From a virus (lineage: Duplodnaviria > Caudoviricetes), in the IMG/VR virus record IMGVR_UViG_3300034106_000257, positions 1 through 48,613 of that record: a stretch of DNA of 48,613 nucleotides; one strand, 5' to 3'. Made by a program: the position numbers and the translations under genes. A model generated the notes under the pieces. That model searched no databases. It was given only the letters and a program-made list of their open reading frames with translations, and was not told the origin of the DNA. The stretch's first letter is position 1. Each line of letters begins with the position of its first letter. Shown here in pieces: positions 9,882 through 20,086 of the stretch.

Positions 9882-12629
9882 TTACTTCCTCGTAAGACAG
9901 GCTAAGAATTTCTCGTACTTTAGGATGTCCTTGTTCAACTTGTCAAGAAACTTGCGTCCGTCTTTGACCACCATGGGTTTACCGTCTTCCATCTCCAAAG
10001 TTATCTCTACAGGTTTGACTTCCTTCGGTTTCGGAGTGACATCTTCAACGATCACCCCGTCTTTGACCTTATAGACCTTGCCGTCTGATTCAGTCTGTGT
10101 CCCGCTCAGAAGCACGCCGTCTTCGAACGTTCCTTCCAAAACAGTCTTATCGGGGTAGGTAAGTTTGCCCTTGGACAGTTCGCCATCCTTGAACGTACCC
10201 TCTAGGGTAAGCCCGTCCGAACCAGTGTAGACCCCAGCGCCACTACGGACACCATCGGCGTCTACGCGGCCAACGTATCGACCCCCATTGTCGTAGGTCT
10301 CGTCCACATCACGGGAGGTCTTGACCCGGGCTTCCTTCTTGGGCGGTGCCTCATTCGGCGCAGCCTTTTTCTTCGGCGGTGTTTCCTTCTTGGGCTTGGC
10401 ACCCTTCTTGAGTTTCGCGCCTTTGCTCTTCTTCTCCGGGAACATCGGCAACTGCCCAGCGGCTTCAAGTTCCTGCTGGGTTACGGGTTGCTCAACGGCT
10501 GCAGTCTCTGGCAATGGCGTAGCACCACGGCGCAGACGCTCAGCACCGGACGGACGCGGAAGACCGCGCTGCCCAAAGAGTGGCAACTGCTGCGGTTCGG
10601 TCGCACCAAACTGCCGAGGCCCACGAACGGGGGCGGCACTTGCAACGGCTGCAGGCTGGGCCAACTGTAACTGCCGCTGCGCTTCCGCTTGCGTGGTCTC
10701 AGCCTCACGGCGTTGAACCATGGCCTGATCGAACTCAGTTTGTCGCTGCAGGCTCTGGAACTGCTGGGCGATCTGGGTATCCGGCATCGGCTGCACATCA
10801 GTGAACCGCATACCAGTGGGCGCAGGAGGGACAAACTGAAGTACCCCCTGCCCGGGAGCGACAGGAACCGGACCCGCAACAGACTCCGCAGGTACACCAA
10901 CCGGATACTCCATAGGAAGTCCCGGACCACCGAACAAGTCTTGCTGCCCCATTGCAAACAAGTCTTGCTGCCCCGGAGCAACTTCAGTAGCAGGACTGAT
11001 CCCGAAACTCTCGACCGGAGTATACGGACCGGCTACGCCTGCAACGCCCGGAGTCGGAGGTGCAAGTCCCGGAACGGGGCTAGTCGGTGCAGTCTGCCCA
11101 AACAACTGCCCCTGCGTACCGGGTGCTACGACAAACGGAAGTTGTGGTCCGGGAGGCGGCGGGGGTGGCGGTACAGGTTCAAACTCACTGGTCGCCGCAA
11201 TGGGTTCAGTGGTCTTGCCCGGGTCGAGCAGGTTGACCGGAACCTTACCCAGAATGTTGCCAGCCGCAGCAAAAGGACCACCAGTACCGAAGCCTGCAGC
11301 GAACGAGTTGACGAGACGGTTAACGCCCTCAGGAGAGTTCCAGTCAACATCCTCCACACCAAGGAGCAACGCCTCCTGCCCAGCCTCGGTGGTACCTTCA
11401 AGCGTACCGCCAACAGCAAGACCAGCGGCTGCACGTTTACCAACTTCAGCAGCCTGCGCACCACGGCCTTGGATCGAGCGAATAGTCTGCCGCCCAGCAC
11501 CAGAGGTGCCAAAGATGCGCGAGACCGCAGCGAACTCAGTAAGCCCTTCGAGCGCAGCATACGGAATGCCAAGCAGAAGCGCAGTGCTACGATCCGGGTC
11601 ACCCGCATCAATAGTCGAACCGTAGATGTCGCCTACGCCACTGACGTACCCTTGCGCACCAAGGCCAACACCCGCACCGATAGTACGAGCCTGCTGAAGT
11701 GCGTTTGCAGCAAGACCGCCACGAGCGCCTTCCGCCAGAGTATTGATGAAGCGTCCCGACTGACCAGCCTGCAATGCTTTGATCTGTGCACCGGCAGTGA
11801 TGCTCGCTGCTTCGTGAAGGAGTTTGACTTCGCCCGGCGTCAGACTGCTCGGGTTGCTGGCGTATTTCTTGGCGGCGTTGATAACCGACTGAGAGTTGCT
11901 CGGCTTGAGGAACTGCTTTGCCAGTGCGCGGGTACTTGCGTTGACAGTCGCTTGGCCTGCTGCAGCACCACCGATACCGGTCAGCGCAGAGATAAGAAGG
12001 TTCGGTCCCTGCTCTGCAAGGTTACCTACGAACCAGTCGAGTACCCCACGGTTGGGTTCACCAATGTCAGTGAACTGCCGAGCAAACGGTGAAGTCTGAC
12101 GCAGTTGTTCTTCCTGCGCAGCAGCAATGTTGCCACCCAGTTCCTCAGCACCGAAAGCCTGCAGCGCACGACCAGCAAGAAGTTGCTGCACATCGACACC
12201 GCGCCCGAAGGACTTCTTGCCAAGCCGCCACGGCGACGGATCACGGATTGACCCCAGATATTGCTGATATGCCTGTTCATCAAGAGGTACAAACCCAGAG
12301 GGAAGTTCGCCGCTACCGGGTTGCCCAAGCAGTGCTTCCGATTCTAAGGCAGTGGCAGCGTCTTGAGCAGAGAATCTGCGACCTTGCACAAACAACTCAC
12401 CGGTGCTTTCGCTTACGCCAATATCTGGCGGGCGGCGCATTTCAGGGAGGGTAAACTGAGTCCCCCTGACAAGTTGCTCACCAAGCAACGCCATGTCCGC
12501 AGCAGACTGTCCAAGATTACCGACTCCAATACCGGAAGTCGGAGACAGTGGTTCGTACGGATTGGGCGCAGGCCCAATACTCATCTTGTCCATCATTGGA
12601 CTGGCAAACGACAATCCGGCTTTAGCCAT
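9882..12629 (-). CDS. Internal virion/ejection protein with C-terminal MORN-like repeats
   Basis: 915 aa. Ala/Gly-rich region with EGTTEAGQE, a Pro-rich linker, then YxG/LEGTFxDG repeats. Confidence 0.65.
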   Translation of the reverse strand: MAKAGLSFASPMMDKMSIGPAPNPYEPLSPTSGIGVGNLGQSAADMALLGEQLVRGTQFTLPEMRRPPDIGVSESTGELFVQGRRFSAQDAATALESEALLGQPGSGELPSGFVPLDEQAYQQYLGSIRDPSPWRLGKKSFGRGVDVQQLLAGRALQAFGAEELGGNIAAAQEEQLRQTSPFARQFTDIGEPNRGVLDWFVGNLAEQGPNLLISALTGIGGAAAGQATVNASTRALAKQFLKPSNSQSVINAAKKYASNPSSLTPGEVKLLHEAASITAGAQIKALQAGQSGRFINTLAEGARGGLAANALQQARTIGAGVGLGAQGYVSGVGDIYGSTIDAGDPDRSTALLLGIPYAALEGLTEFAAVSRIFGTSGAGRQTIRSIQGRGAQAAEVGKRAAAGLAVGGTLEGTTEAGQEALLLGVEDVDWNSPEGVNRLVNSFAAGFGTGGPFAAAGNILGKVPVNLLDPGKTTEPIAATSEFEPVPPPPPPPGPQLPFVVAPGTQGQLFGQTAPTSPVPGLAPPTPGVAGVAGPYTPVESFGISPATEVAPGQQDLFAMGQQDLFGGPGLPMEYPVGVPAESVAGPVPVAPGQGVLQFVPPAPTGMRFTDVQPMPDTQIAQQFQSLQRQTEFDQAMVQRREAETTQAEAQRQLQLAQPAAVASAAPVRGPRQFGATEPQQLPLFGQRGLPRPSGAERLRRGATPLPETAAVEQPVTQQELEAAGQLPMFPEKKSKGAKLKKGAKPKKETPPKKKAAPNEAPPKKEARVKTSRDVDETYDNGGRYVGRVDADGVRSGAGVYTGSDGLTLEGTFKDGELSKGKLTYPDKTVLEGTFEDGVLLSGTQTESDGKVYKVKDGVIVEDVTPKPKEVKPVEITLEMEDGKPMVVKDGRKFLDKLNKDILKYEKFLACLTRK

Positions 12630-12632
12630 GAT

Positions 12633-14504
12633 TTACCTCGCGTTCACTCCGCCATAGGACGGAAGTCCTGCAATGGGGTACGCAGCCATGCTCTGCACTT
12701 TAACACCATCGATTTCTATAGTGCGGCCAGCGGGGTTAAACACTAGCGGAGACCCACCGGGCGGACGAATAATCAAAGTACCATCTCCGCCGCCAGTGGG
12801 CTTGATGTCCCAACCGTAGTTAGCCTTGGCCCACTCAAGCGCCTGAGCCAGATTACCTTGCGTCTGTGCTACAGCAATTTCACGGATCATCTGGGCAGTC
12901 TGTTTGGCCTGCTCTTCCTGAACCTTCAACTGAGACTTAAATGACTCCGCCCCCATCTCAGCGGAAGCCTGCTGTACCTGCTCCCGGTATCCAGCATCGA
13001 AGGACTGCCTAGCCATTTGAGTTAGGTCGTTACGATCAAGTCCTTCGCGTACTCGCTGGCCGTTGACAACTACATCAAACCGTCCATCACTACGTGGTTG
13101 AACATTGAGTGGTATGTTCGTATACGCACTCCAAACAGCAACGAGACGACGAGGATCGTTAGTAACTGCAAACTCCTGAAGCCCCTGCATACCCTGCAGG
13201 TAGAGCATGTTGTTATCCAACTCCATTACCTTGGCACGAGTCTGCATGTACTCTTGGCCCATACCCGCACGCTGGTACATACCAGCCAATTGAGCCATCT
13301 CCTGCCGCTGCTGCAACGCAATCTGCATTGCGTACGGAACTGACTGCGGGTTATCGAGAATTACTTGAGCACTCTGCGGAAGGTTGGTGTTGACCGCAGG
13401 AGTTCTAGAAACGCCAGCGGCAGGAGGAGTGGTAGCGGGAGCGGGAGCAGCAGCCGCAGCAGGCTCAGCCTGCGCAGTTGGGATAACTGCATTAGCAACA
13501 CCACTAGCAACACCACTAGCGGCACTAGCAACACCACTAGCGACACCACTAGCGGCACTAGCAACATCACGAAGCCGGTTCATCCAGCCCGTAAGGAATT
13601 TATTCTGCGATGGATCATCATCGACAGTATTCTGATACCGTTGCGCACGCAGTTCCAAAAGTTTTTGCGGGTCGTTCCCGGCTTGTGCAAGAGCATTCTG
13701 TGTCCAGCCAACACCCTGATTAACGGCAGCGTCAAAGGCAATTTCTCGAATATTTGCAGGAAGTTGATCGGCATTAATCGCATTCCAGTACCTTTCTTTG
13801 TAGATTCTTGCAGCCTGTTCTTTAGTAAGGTTGGCAACATCTACGTCAGGGTTAGCCCTTTTACTGATGCCGAACTTGGTTTCCCCACCTCTATCGTTAG
13901 GATCGTTGACGTATCCGCCTTCCCGACCGATTACGCGATCGATGAGAGTGCCCGCGTCTGTAGCGGCAACACCGGGTTTCCTACGCGCACCACCGCGAGT
14001 GGTCGGGCCTTTCGAAACCGGAAGCATGGATTCGAGGTCAGCCAAATTTTTAGGTGCCCCCGGTATAGGAAGCCCCGGAAGCCCGCGCTCACCTCTAGGA
14101 CGAAACTCCTGAAACCGCCGAACTTTTTCCTCCATCGGCAGTGACTGCCACTGTTCCCGAGTTAGTTTCAGCGTGGGAATTTTTTTCAGCCCTTCCTGTC
14201 CACCGAGAGGAAGCGCAGGAGGTTTGTTAACAGTGATCGAAGGTTCAGGTGTAGGAGCCGCAGCAGGCAAAGTAGGAGCCTGTACAATCGAACGAGTACC
14301 CAATGCTTCGGGCAATTGCAAACCGGGAAGTTGCTGCGCTGGAGTGGGAGCCTGAAGCATCTCTTGGCGCAGTCGGTTTTTACGATTCAACTCCTCAAGA
14401 GCCAACTGGTTCTGCCGCGATACGCGCTCGGCTTCTTCAGCATTACGCTGCCCTCTGGCAAACGCCCCGCCACCAGTAATCAACTGTCCAAGACTGAGTG
14501 CCAT
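12633..14504 (-). CDS. Internal virion protein with a GH108 muramidase domain
   Basis: REGGYVNDPNDRGGETKFGIS...IYKERYW...FDAAVNQG...FLTGWMNRL, the EGGY signature of GH108, embedded in a Gln-rich protein. Confidence 0.85.
   Translation of the reverse strand: MALSLGQLITGGGAFARGQRNAEEAERVSRQNQLALEELNRKNRLRQEMLQAPTPAQQLPGLQLPEALGTRSIVQAPTLPAAAPTPEPSITVNKPPALPLGGQEGLKKIPTLKLTREQWQSLPMEEKVRRFQEFRPRGERGLPGLPIPGAPKNLADLESMLPVSKGPTTRGGARRKPGVAATDAGTLIDRVIGREGGYVNDPNDRGGETKFGISKRANPDVDVANLTKEQAARIYKERYWNAINADQLPANIREIAFDAAVNQGVGWTQNALAQAGNDPQKLLELRAQRYQNTVDDDPSQNKFLTGWMNRLRDVASAASGVASGVASAASGVASGVANAVIPTAQAEPAAAAAPAPATTPPAAGVSRTPAVNTNLPQSAQVILDNPQSVPYAMQIALQQRQEMAQLAGMYQRAGMGQEYMQTRAKVMELDNNMLYLQGMQGLQEFAVTNDPRRLVAVWSAYTNIPLNVQPRSDGRFDVVVNGQRVREGLDRNDLTQMARQSFDAGYREQVQQASAEMGAESFKSQLKVQEEQAKQTAQMIREIAVAQTQGNLAQALEWAKANYGWDIKPTGGGDGTLIIRPPGGSPLVFNPAGRTIEIDGVKVQSMAAYPIAGLPSYGGVNAR
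13493..13566. repeat. 33-bp tandem repeat (about 2.2 copies) built from 12/12/9-bp subunits
   Basis: tagcaacaccactagc(a/g)acaccactagcggcac twice; encodes VASAASGVASG repeats next to the GH108 domain. Confidence 0.9.
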
Positions 14505-14514
14505 GACTTATACC

Positions 14515-15645
14515 TCAGACGATGCTGCCAAAGAGACCAGCCTTGCGCTGACCAGTCTGGGAACCAAAGAACCCACCGGCTTCTTCTGCGGCCTTCTGGC
14601 GGCGGGTTTCTGCGTCCTGATACCAGTTACCGAGTGCGGATCGTTCAGCCATCGTGGCCGTCTGCGGAGCAGCGGGAAGCACAGAAAGTCCAGCCATACG
14701 AGCCTGCTGAGTACGCTCAGCCCCCATCAATTCCCCACGAGCGCGGCCAGTCGCCGCTTCTTCCGCACGAGCACGCTGCTGCCTTGCAAGTTCTACGCGT
14801 CGGCGTTCGCCCGTGAGTCCACGGACTGCCTGCGTAGTCAGCCCAGCACCGCGCACCTTGGCGCGTGCTTCTTCTTCGAACCCGTAATCACGGGCGGACT
14901 CACCAAGAATTGCCTTGGCCTGCTCAAGTCGAAGGTTGTAGAGTTCGGTGTTCGTCCGCTTGAGTTCCTCAAGGTCAGCAGCCTGAGCAGCCAGAAGTTT
15001 CTGTTCAGCAGGTGACAGGCCAGACCCAGCAAGCGCACCTCCAGCCAACTGACCGGCAGCACGGAGCGTCATGTCCGCGATAGCCTTCGGGTCGGTGAAT
15101 CTGGACGCAACTTCAGTGCCAGCCTCTTTGAGTGCGCCCATGGCACGCTGCCCAAGTGAGAGCGTCGGGGTTGCCGCAGCAGACACTGCCGAAGGAGTTA
15201 CCCCTACAACCGAAGCAGGTCCAAGGATTGACGATGCAGTCGGAGCAAACGCCCCGGTAGCAGTCGCAGTAGGTGCAGTTGCTACACCAAGTCCGGGGGC
15301 AGTCCCCGTAAGAATCTGCTGCCCGGTAGCAGTAACACCAGCATTAGCAAGGGTCGGTCCACCAGTTGTAGTGACCGGTGGAGGAGTTGCAGCAGCCGCT
15401 GAAGTTGTCGATAGATACCCACCAATGCCGCCTGTAATAGCGCCTGTAATTGCCGCTTTTCCTATATCCCCGCCTGTTGCAGCGGCGATGGCCACGTTTC
15501 CTGCGGCGTTTACTGCGGCAGTGGCCACAACTTTAGCCGCCGTGGAGGCACCAGCCTTGAGCATCCCAGCCGCAACTTGCGGAGCAAAGTACGCCACGGC
15601 GACAGCCGCAGCAATAGTGAGAATCTTCTTTACCGACTTACTCAT
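14515..15645 (-). CDS. Internal virion (pilot/ejection) protein
   Basis: Hydrophobic Ala/Gly-rich N-terminus and helical C-terminus; first of the ejection genes in transcription order. Confidence 0.6.
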   Translation of the reverse strand: MSKSVKKILTIAAAVAVAYFAPQVAAGMLKAGASTAAKVVATAAVNAAGNVAIAAATGGDIGKAAITGAITGGIGGYLSTTSAAAATPPPVTTTGGPTLANAGVTATGQQILTGTAPGLGVATAPTATATGAFAPTASSILGPASVVGVTPSAVSAAATPTLSLGQRAMGALKEAGTEVASRFTDPKAIADMTLRAAGQLAGGALAGSGLSPAEQKLLAAQAADLEELKRTNTELYNLRLEQAKAILGESARDYGFEEEARAKVRGAGLTTQAVRGLTGERRRVELARQQRARAEEAATGRARGELMGAERTQQARMAGLSVLPAAPQTATMAERSALGNWYQDAETRRQKAAEEAGGFFGSQTGQRKAGLFGSIV

Positions 15646-15655
15646 AGTCCACCTC

Positions 15656-16096
15656 TTAGTGGAGACTCATGCGTACGTACGCGCACGACTTATTAAACCC
15701 AAACTTCTTCTGGTACACGAGTGCACGAGACTGTGGCGTGTACGCATCTAGAAACTCTACGTTGTTAGCCTTCAGCCACTCGATGATCGATTGCCAGTAT
15801 GCGTTCTTGAAGTGAACCAGTTTCTTACCCTTACCAGCCAGTGCGATCAGGTCAGCGCCTTTGTGTCCGTTGACCTCATAGAACTGGATCGCCAATGCGC
15901 ATGAAGGATAGTTGTCGTAGTAACAGACGAAGATCGCAGCCAATCCCGTCTTGCCAAGGTCCAGAATATCCTTGGCTTCCATTTCTTCGCGAGCAATCTC
16001 GTTTCCTTTACAGGCGGCATCGAACAGTGGTTCAAGGTAGGGCCACAACTCAACGACTCGCTCCGGTGTCAGCATCTCAATTGATAGTGCGTTCAT
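15656..16096 (-). CDS. Hypothetical protein, possibly GNAT-fold
   Basis: 146 aa ending in a YQKKFGF segment. Podoviruses often carry a GNAT-like gene between tail and ejection genes. Confidence 0.45.
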   Translation of the reverse strand: MNALSIEMLTPERVVELWPYLEPLFDAACKGNEIAREEMEAKDILDLGKTGLAAIFVCYYDNYPSCALAIQFYEVNGHKGADLIALAGKGKKLVHFKNAYWQSIIEWLKANNVEFLDAYTPQSRALVYQKKFGFNKSCAYVRMSLH

Positions 16097-16884
16097 TCCT
16101 TTTTGCTCTGGCTATACTTCTCAATCAGAGAATCGAAGAACTCTTTACCCTTCATTTCCACAACGTGTTTCGGGATAACATACTCCCCGGTGTGGGCCTC
16201 GATTATGATCGGCTTGCTCTCGCCACTAGCCGGAAGCATACCACCCTTGGCCATGGAAGGAACCGTTACCCCGGCTGAAGCCGGAGGTTGCCCCGGTGCG
16301 GCAGGTGCCCCGCCTACGTCCTGCTGAACTGCCTTGGCCGCAAGCAAGAGAACCATGACGAGGTTCTGGTCGTACTGATCCGGCAGGTCTCCGGCGGCAG
16401 CGATCCCCTGCTGCATGGCGAAGCGTTTGACGTAGGGATACATCTCAGGGTTACTGGCGGCAAGTTGGGCCAACTGCACAATCGTATTAAGTTCTTGTGC
16501 TGTGAGGTTACCGCTCTGCATTTCCTCGGTAATCGCGTTCCGGATTTCGGCCATAGCCTGCGGCTGCCGGGAGGCGACTTGGTTGATCTGAGTCTGCATG
16601 GACTGCATGTCCATCTCGGCGCTCGGTTGCTCCGCAACCCCTGCTACCCCCGGAGGTGCGCCCATAGGCACCGGCTGGCCCCCAGCCCCGATCATCCCGC
16701 CTGCGGCAAAGGACGGCAGTTGAGTCCCCATCCCGGCACCGATCTGCTGCGGCCCGATCCCTGTAGCCGAACTCATCCCGATCTGTACTCCGGGAGTAGT
16801 CACCTGCGGAACCGCAGGAGCCTGCATACTCAAGAGGCTGGCCAAAGCCGGGGGGAGGTCGAGTGAAGTGGTGTTCATGGTCAT
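16093..16884 (-). CDS. Virion-associated hypothetical protein
   Basis: FAAGGMI and MAKGGML motifs; C-terminal GEYVIPKHVV...GKEFFDSL. Confidence 0.65.
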   Translation of the reverse strand: MTMNTTSLDLPPALASLLSMQAPAVPQVTTPGVQIGMSSATGIGPQQIGAGMGTQLPSFAAGGMIGAGGQPVPMGAPPGVAGVAEQPSAEMDMQSMQTQINQVASRQPQAMAEIRNAITEEMQSGNLTAQELNTIVQLAQLAASNPEMYPYVKRFAMQQGIAAAGDLPDQYDQNLVMVLLLAAKAVQQDVGGAPAAPGQPPASAGVTVPSMAKGGMLPASGESKPIIIEAHTGEYVIPKHVVEMKGKEFFDSLIEKYSQSKKE

Positions 16885-17243
16885 GCCTTCAACTGTTGGA
16901 TCAGGACGTTGAGCGTGTTCCGGATGGACGCTACATCATTGGCGAGTTGCTGTACATTCGACAGCAGTTTCACGTAGTCATCGAGGCTAGGGACGGTCAC
17001 GTTACTGACGGTAAACCCAGCACCTTCGGCGGTTACCTGACGCATAACCTGCTGCGGGGCTTCGACAACCGATACCTGCCCCTTGGTGATAGCACGACTT
17101 GATGCGCCAAGGTCACCCCTCGCACCGATAAGAAGTTCCACGTTGTCCTTCAGGGCCGTGATCGTGGAGTACTCCCACTGGTTTAGCCCCCCTTGTGGTA
17201 CGGCAGGGATCGCCGTGAATCTTGCCTGTCGAGTAGCCATCAA
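16881..17243 (-). CDS. Hypothetical structural protein
   Basis: 120 aa with a C-terminal coiled coil; 4-nt start/stop overlaps on both sides. Confidence 0.65.
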   Translation of the reverse strand: MMATRQARFTAIPAVPQGGLNQWEYSTITALKDNVELLIGARGDLGASSRAITKGQVSVVEAPQQVMRQVTAEGAGFTVSNVTVPSLDDYVKLLSNVQQLANDVASIRNTLNVLIQQLKA

Positions 17244-19771
17244 GCCTCCTTCAGTCCGATCGGCGTCTCGGCCAAGTGAATCTCACGGACGCGGATAGTG
17301 CTCTTCACGCCAACCTCAAACGTATCCGCCCGGTACCCAGTAGGCATACGGAACGTCCCGCTATCACTCAGCGATTTTACCAGTTTGAGTTTCTTGTTGA
17401 CCCACAAGTAGAAAGTCACTTGTCCACTGGTCTCGTACGTCCCGTTCTCGGCTTCCCAATTCGCAGTAACGTTTTCCCAGTTCTCGACCAGCGAGGTGTC
17501 TGACAAGTCCGAGTAGTCTGCAATCACTCGCGCTGCGCCAAGGTTGATCATGTCCTTGGTCCGGAACGTCTTGGACTTCCACTCCAGAGCCAGTGGTGCC
17601 TGCCCCAGATTGTCCCACTCAAAGATGTCGCCGCTGTTGCCCACGGTGTAGTACAACTTGTTGTACACGGAGTCGTACCAAGACGAGGTGAAGATGAGTG
17701 GGTTAAGCCCACCCTCAAGCAGAATGCGTCCGCCACTTTCCGTGAGTATGAACCCGTCAGATTCGGTTAGGAGGTACGAGTCTTCACCGCTGATAGTGGT
17801 AAAAATACCACCAGTCTTCTCGTCGCGTTCGAACGTGAACGAACCGGTTGAGTGGGAAGCAAGGTAGATGTCCCCGTAGAAAGACGCCACAACAGTCGTC
17901 GGGTCCAGATCAACGGACCAAGTGTCATTGTTGTAGTTGAACTTGGTGACAAGTTGCGCTCCGGCAAACGGAGAGTAGTACGCCAATCCATCGTGCGTGG
18001 ACCACACTACCCCGCCACTCATCGTCACGACACTCTTCGGGTTCAGGCAAGGATACTGTAGATCGATTTTCTGCGGCGTGAATCCAGCGGCAGGATCAGA
18101 CCCTTGGACGATGTACGGGTACGACTCGGTAAGAATCAGCAGCGAACCACCAATGGCAGCAAGGCCGACGATGTTCGGCTCGATAGTGACCTTGTACTCT
18201 GCAGGCCAAGCGTGCGGGATATTCGGAGGCGTGAAGTAGACTTCGTTGGCAACGAACCCCGCAAGCACATTGTTCTGTATAGCCACTAGCCCCTTGAGGT
18301 CAGATGGCGGCGCGTCGTAGTTATCAGAGTCGAGACTGGTCAGAAGAAGGGACGCATTAAAGTCATCAGTAAATGTATAACTACCACCGTCACCCCAGTA
18401 CTGAGGAGTGCTAGTGCCGGGAGTCTGCGATACGTCATAGAATACCTGACCATTCGAAACAGGCGTGGAGAACTCATCAGCGCCCGGATTGCTGTACTCA
18501 AACGTGTAGTTGTCGATGACATCGGTGACGATCCCGCCCGTGATGTTGAAAGACCCTACATCGCAATTCGCAACCTTGAACCGGTCATCGATACTCAGGT
18601 TGTGCGGGAACCCCGTAGTTACCCTAGCAATGTTACCGGCACGCTCGACCCTCGTGAGGTTTACAGGAAACCACAGCGTGTTCAACAGAAAGTACTTGGT
18701 GCCCGCGCTTGAGGGAATAGTTCGATAGAGTCTGATGCCACGGACGAAGTTGTTCCCCGAGGGCTTTACGCTCGGCAGGTTAGTTACAGTAACAACCTGT
18801 CCTTCCTTCAGGATCAGTTCGTTCGAGGGCGAAGACGCAATCGACTCCTCCTCCCACGGGGTGTACCAACTGTAGGCGTACGTACGGTTCTGATCGAACC
18901 CACCGAGGTCAATCTTGCCGCTGGTATTCGCAGTCGTCGTGATCTGGAACCCGGGGCTTGAGTAGGTAAACGTAGTGCCATCGACCACGTTGATATCGAT
19001 GTTCGTAACGTTGAAACTGCGAATGTCCAGATTGGCTACGCCTGACGTAGTGGCGGCAACGCTACTGGTAACGTCAAACGTACTGGCAGTTACGTTTCCA
19101 ATCGTGAATGTCCCGTCCACCGCAGTGCCGGAAGTGAAGTCCAGCGTTACGGACGCCCCGTTAGCCAGCCCATGATTGGTGATAGTGACGGTGATCGTAG
19201 TCCCGCCAGACTGCACGTAAGTGCCAGTGACGAACGTGAACCCCGAGACAGTAACCGTGCTGCCAGTGCGCAAGCCGTGGGGTGTTGAAGTCACGAGCGT
19301 TGCGATACCGGAAGCATCCCGTGCGAAACTTGCCGAGGTCTTGGCAGTAAACGCAGTCGTGGCGATAGTCGGCTTTCCAGTAGGTACCGGAAGTCCGAGG
19401 TCGTAGTATGCAATGGGGTATGGACCGGTGCCGGTAGTCGCAAGGGTGTAGTCGCTGACTTTCGGAACCCCGCTGCCAGTGTAGTAGAAACGCTGGTTGT
19501 TCTCCTTGTTCGATGTGGCCACGGCCACATTGACATCCGTCAGCCAAGACAACCACTCTACTGCATCAGTGTTCGGATTGCGCAATCCGTACAGCGTGCG
19601 AACAGTTCCACTGCGCCCCGTAGTCCCCGCAGCGACAGGTTGCGGGTAAGGGATAAGATCACCAGAGTACAGTTTTACGTTCTTGGCAATCTGCGCAGCC
19701 GTATCCGGCAGCAACTCCGAAGCAATCTTCGGTGCTATACCAAGAAAGTTTGTGATCTTTAGCGCGGCCAT
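17240..19771 (-). CDS. Tail nozzle/tubular protein with inserted beta-rich repeats
   Basis: N-terminal FLGIAPK..ELLP..AAQ.A.N and C-terminal WKSK.F; internal T..PHGL..G repeats; size and position fit. Confidence 0.65.
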   Translation of the reverse strand: MAALKITNFLGIAPKIASELLPDTAAQIAKNVKLYSGDLIPYPQPVAAGTTGRSGTVRTLYGLRNPNTDAVEWLSWLTDVNVAVATSNKENNQRFYYTGSGVPKVSDYTLATTGTGPYPIAYYDLGLPVPTGKPTIATTAFTAKTSASFARDASGIATLVTSTPHGLRTGSTVTVSGFTFVTGTYVQSGGTTITVTITNHGLANGASVTLDFTSGTAVDGTFTIGNVTASTFDVTSSVAATTSGVANLDIRSFNVTNIDINVVDGTTFTYSSPGFQITTTANTSGKIDLGGFDQNRTYAYSWYTPWEEESIASSPSNELILKEGQVVTVTNLPSVKPSGNNFVRGIRLYRTIPSSAGTKYFLLNTLWFPVNLTRVERAGNIARVTTGFPHNLSIDDRFKVANCDVGSFNITGGIVTDVIDNYTFEYSNPGADEFSTPVSNGQVFYDVSQTPGTSTPQYWGDGGSYTFTDDFNASLLLTSLDSDNYDAPPSDLKGLVAIQNNVLAGFVANEVYFTPPNIPHAWPAEYKVTIEPNIVGLAAIGGSLLILTESYPYIVQGSDPAAGFTPQKIDLQYPCLNPKSVVTMSGGVVWSTHDGLAYYSPFAGAQLVTKFNYNNDTWSVDLDPTTVVASFYGDIYLASHSTGSFTFERDEKTGGIFTTISGEDSYLLTESDGFILTESGGRILLEGGLNPLIFTSSWYDSVYNKLYYTVGNSGDIFEWDNLGQAPLALEWKSKTFRTKDMINLGAARVIADYSDLSDTSLVENWENVTANWEAENGTYETSGQVTFYLWVNKKLKLVKSLSDSGTFRMPTGYRADTFEVGVKSTIRVREIHLAETPIGLKEA

Positions 19772-19775
19772 TCGG

Positions 19776-20084
19776 TTACATCATGCCAAATTTTGCGGCC
19801 ACGATTGCCAGTGCGAACCCTACCAATGCGGTCAGCGCACGGTCAACCCACATCGCAGCGTTGTCGTGTTTGGGTTGAGACTGTTCCAGAGTGTTCAGCC
19901 GGTCCTCGATCTTGCCGATCATACGGAACGCCCTCTCTAGTGCTTCGGCTATCTGCGACTGCGACTGTTCCACCAGAGCAAGTTTGGTGATCGCGTCCGA
20001 TAGTTTGTTAAGGGCAGTCTTCACTTCGCCCACATCAGCGTGCAGTGCCTCAAGTCTAACTGCAAGTATTTCAGACTCAGCCAT
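19776..20084 (-). CDS. Coiled-coil protein with a C-terminal transmembrane segment
   Basis: ORF track gives 19776-20108; the ATG at 20084 avoids overlapping the upstream gene. Hydrophobic ALTALVGFALAIVAA tail. Confidence 0.65.
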   Translation of the reverse strand: MAESEILAVRLEALHADVGEVKTALNKLSDAITKLALVEQSQSQIAEALERAFRMIGKIEDRLNTLEQSQPKHDNAAMWVDRALTALVGFALAIVAAKFGMM

Positions 20085-20086
20085 GA

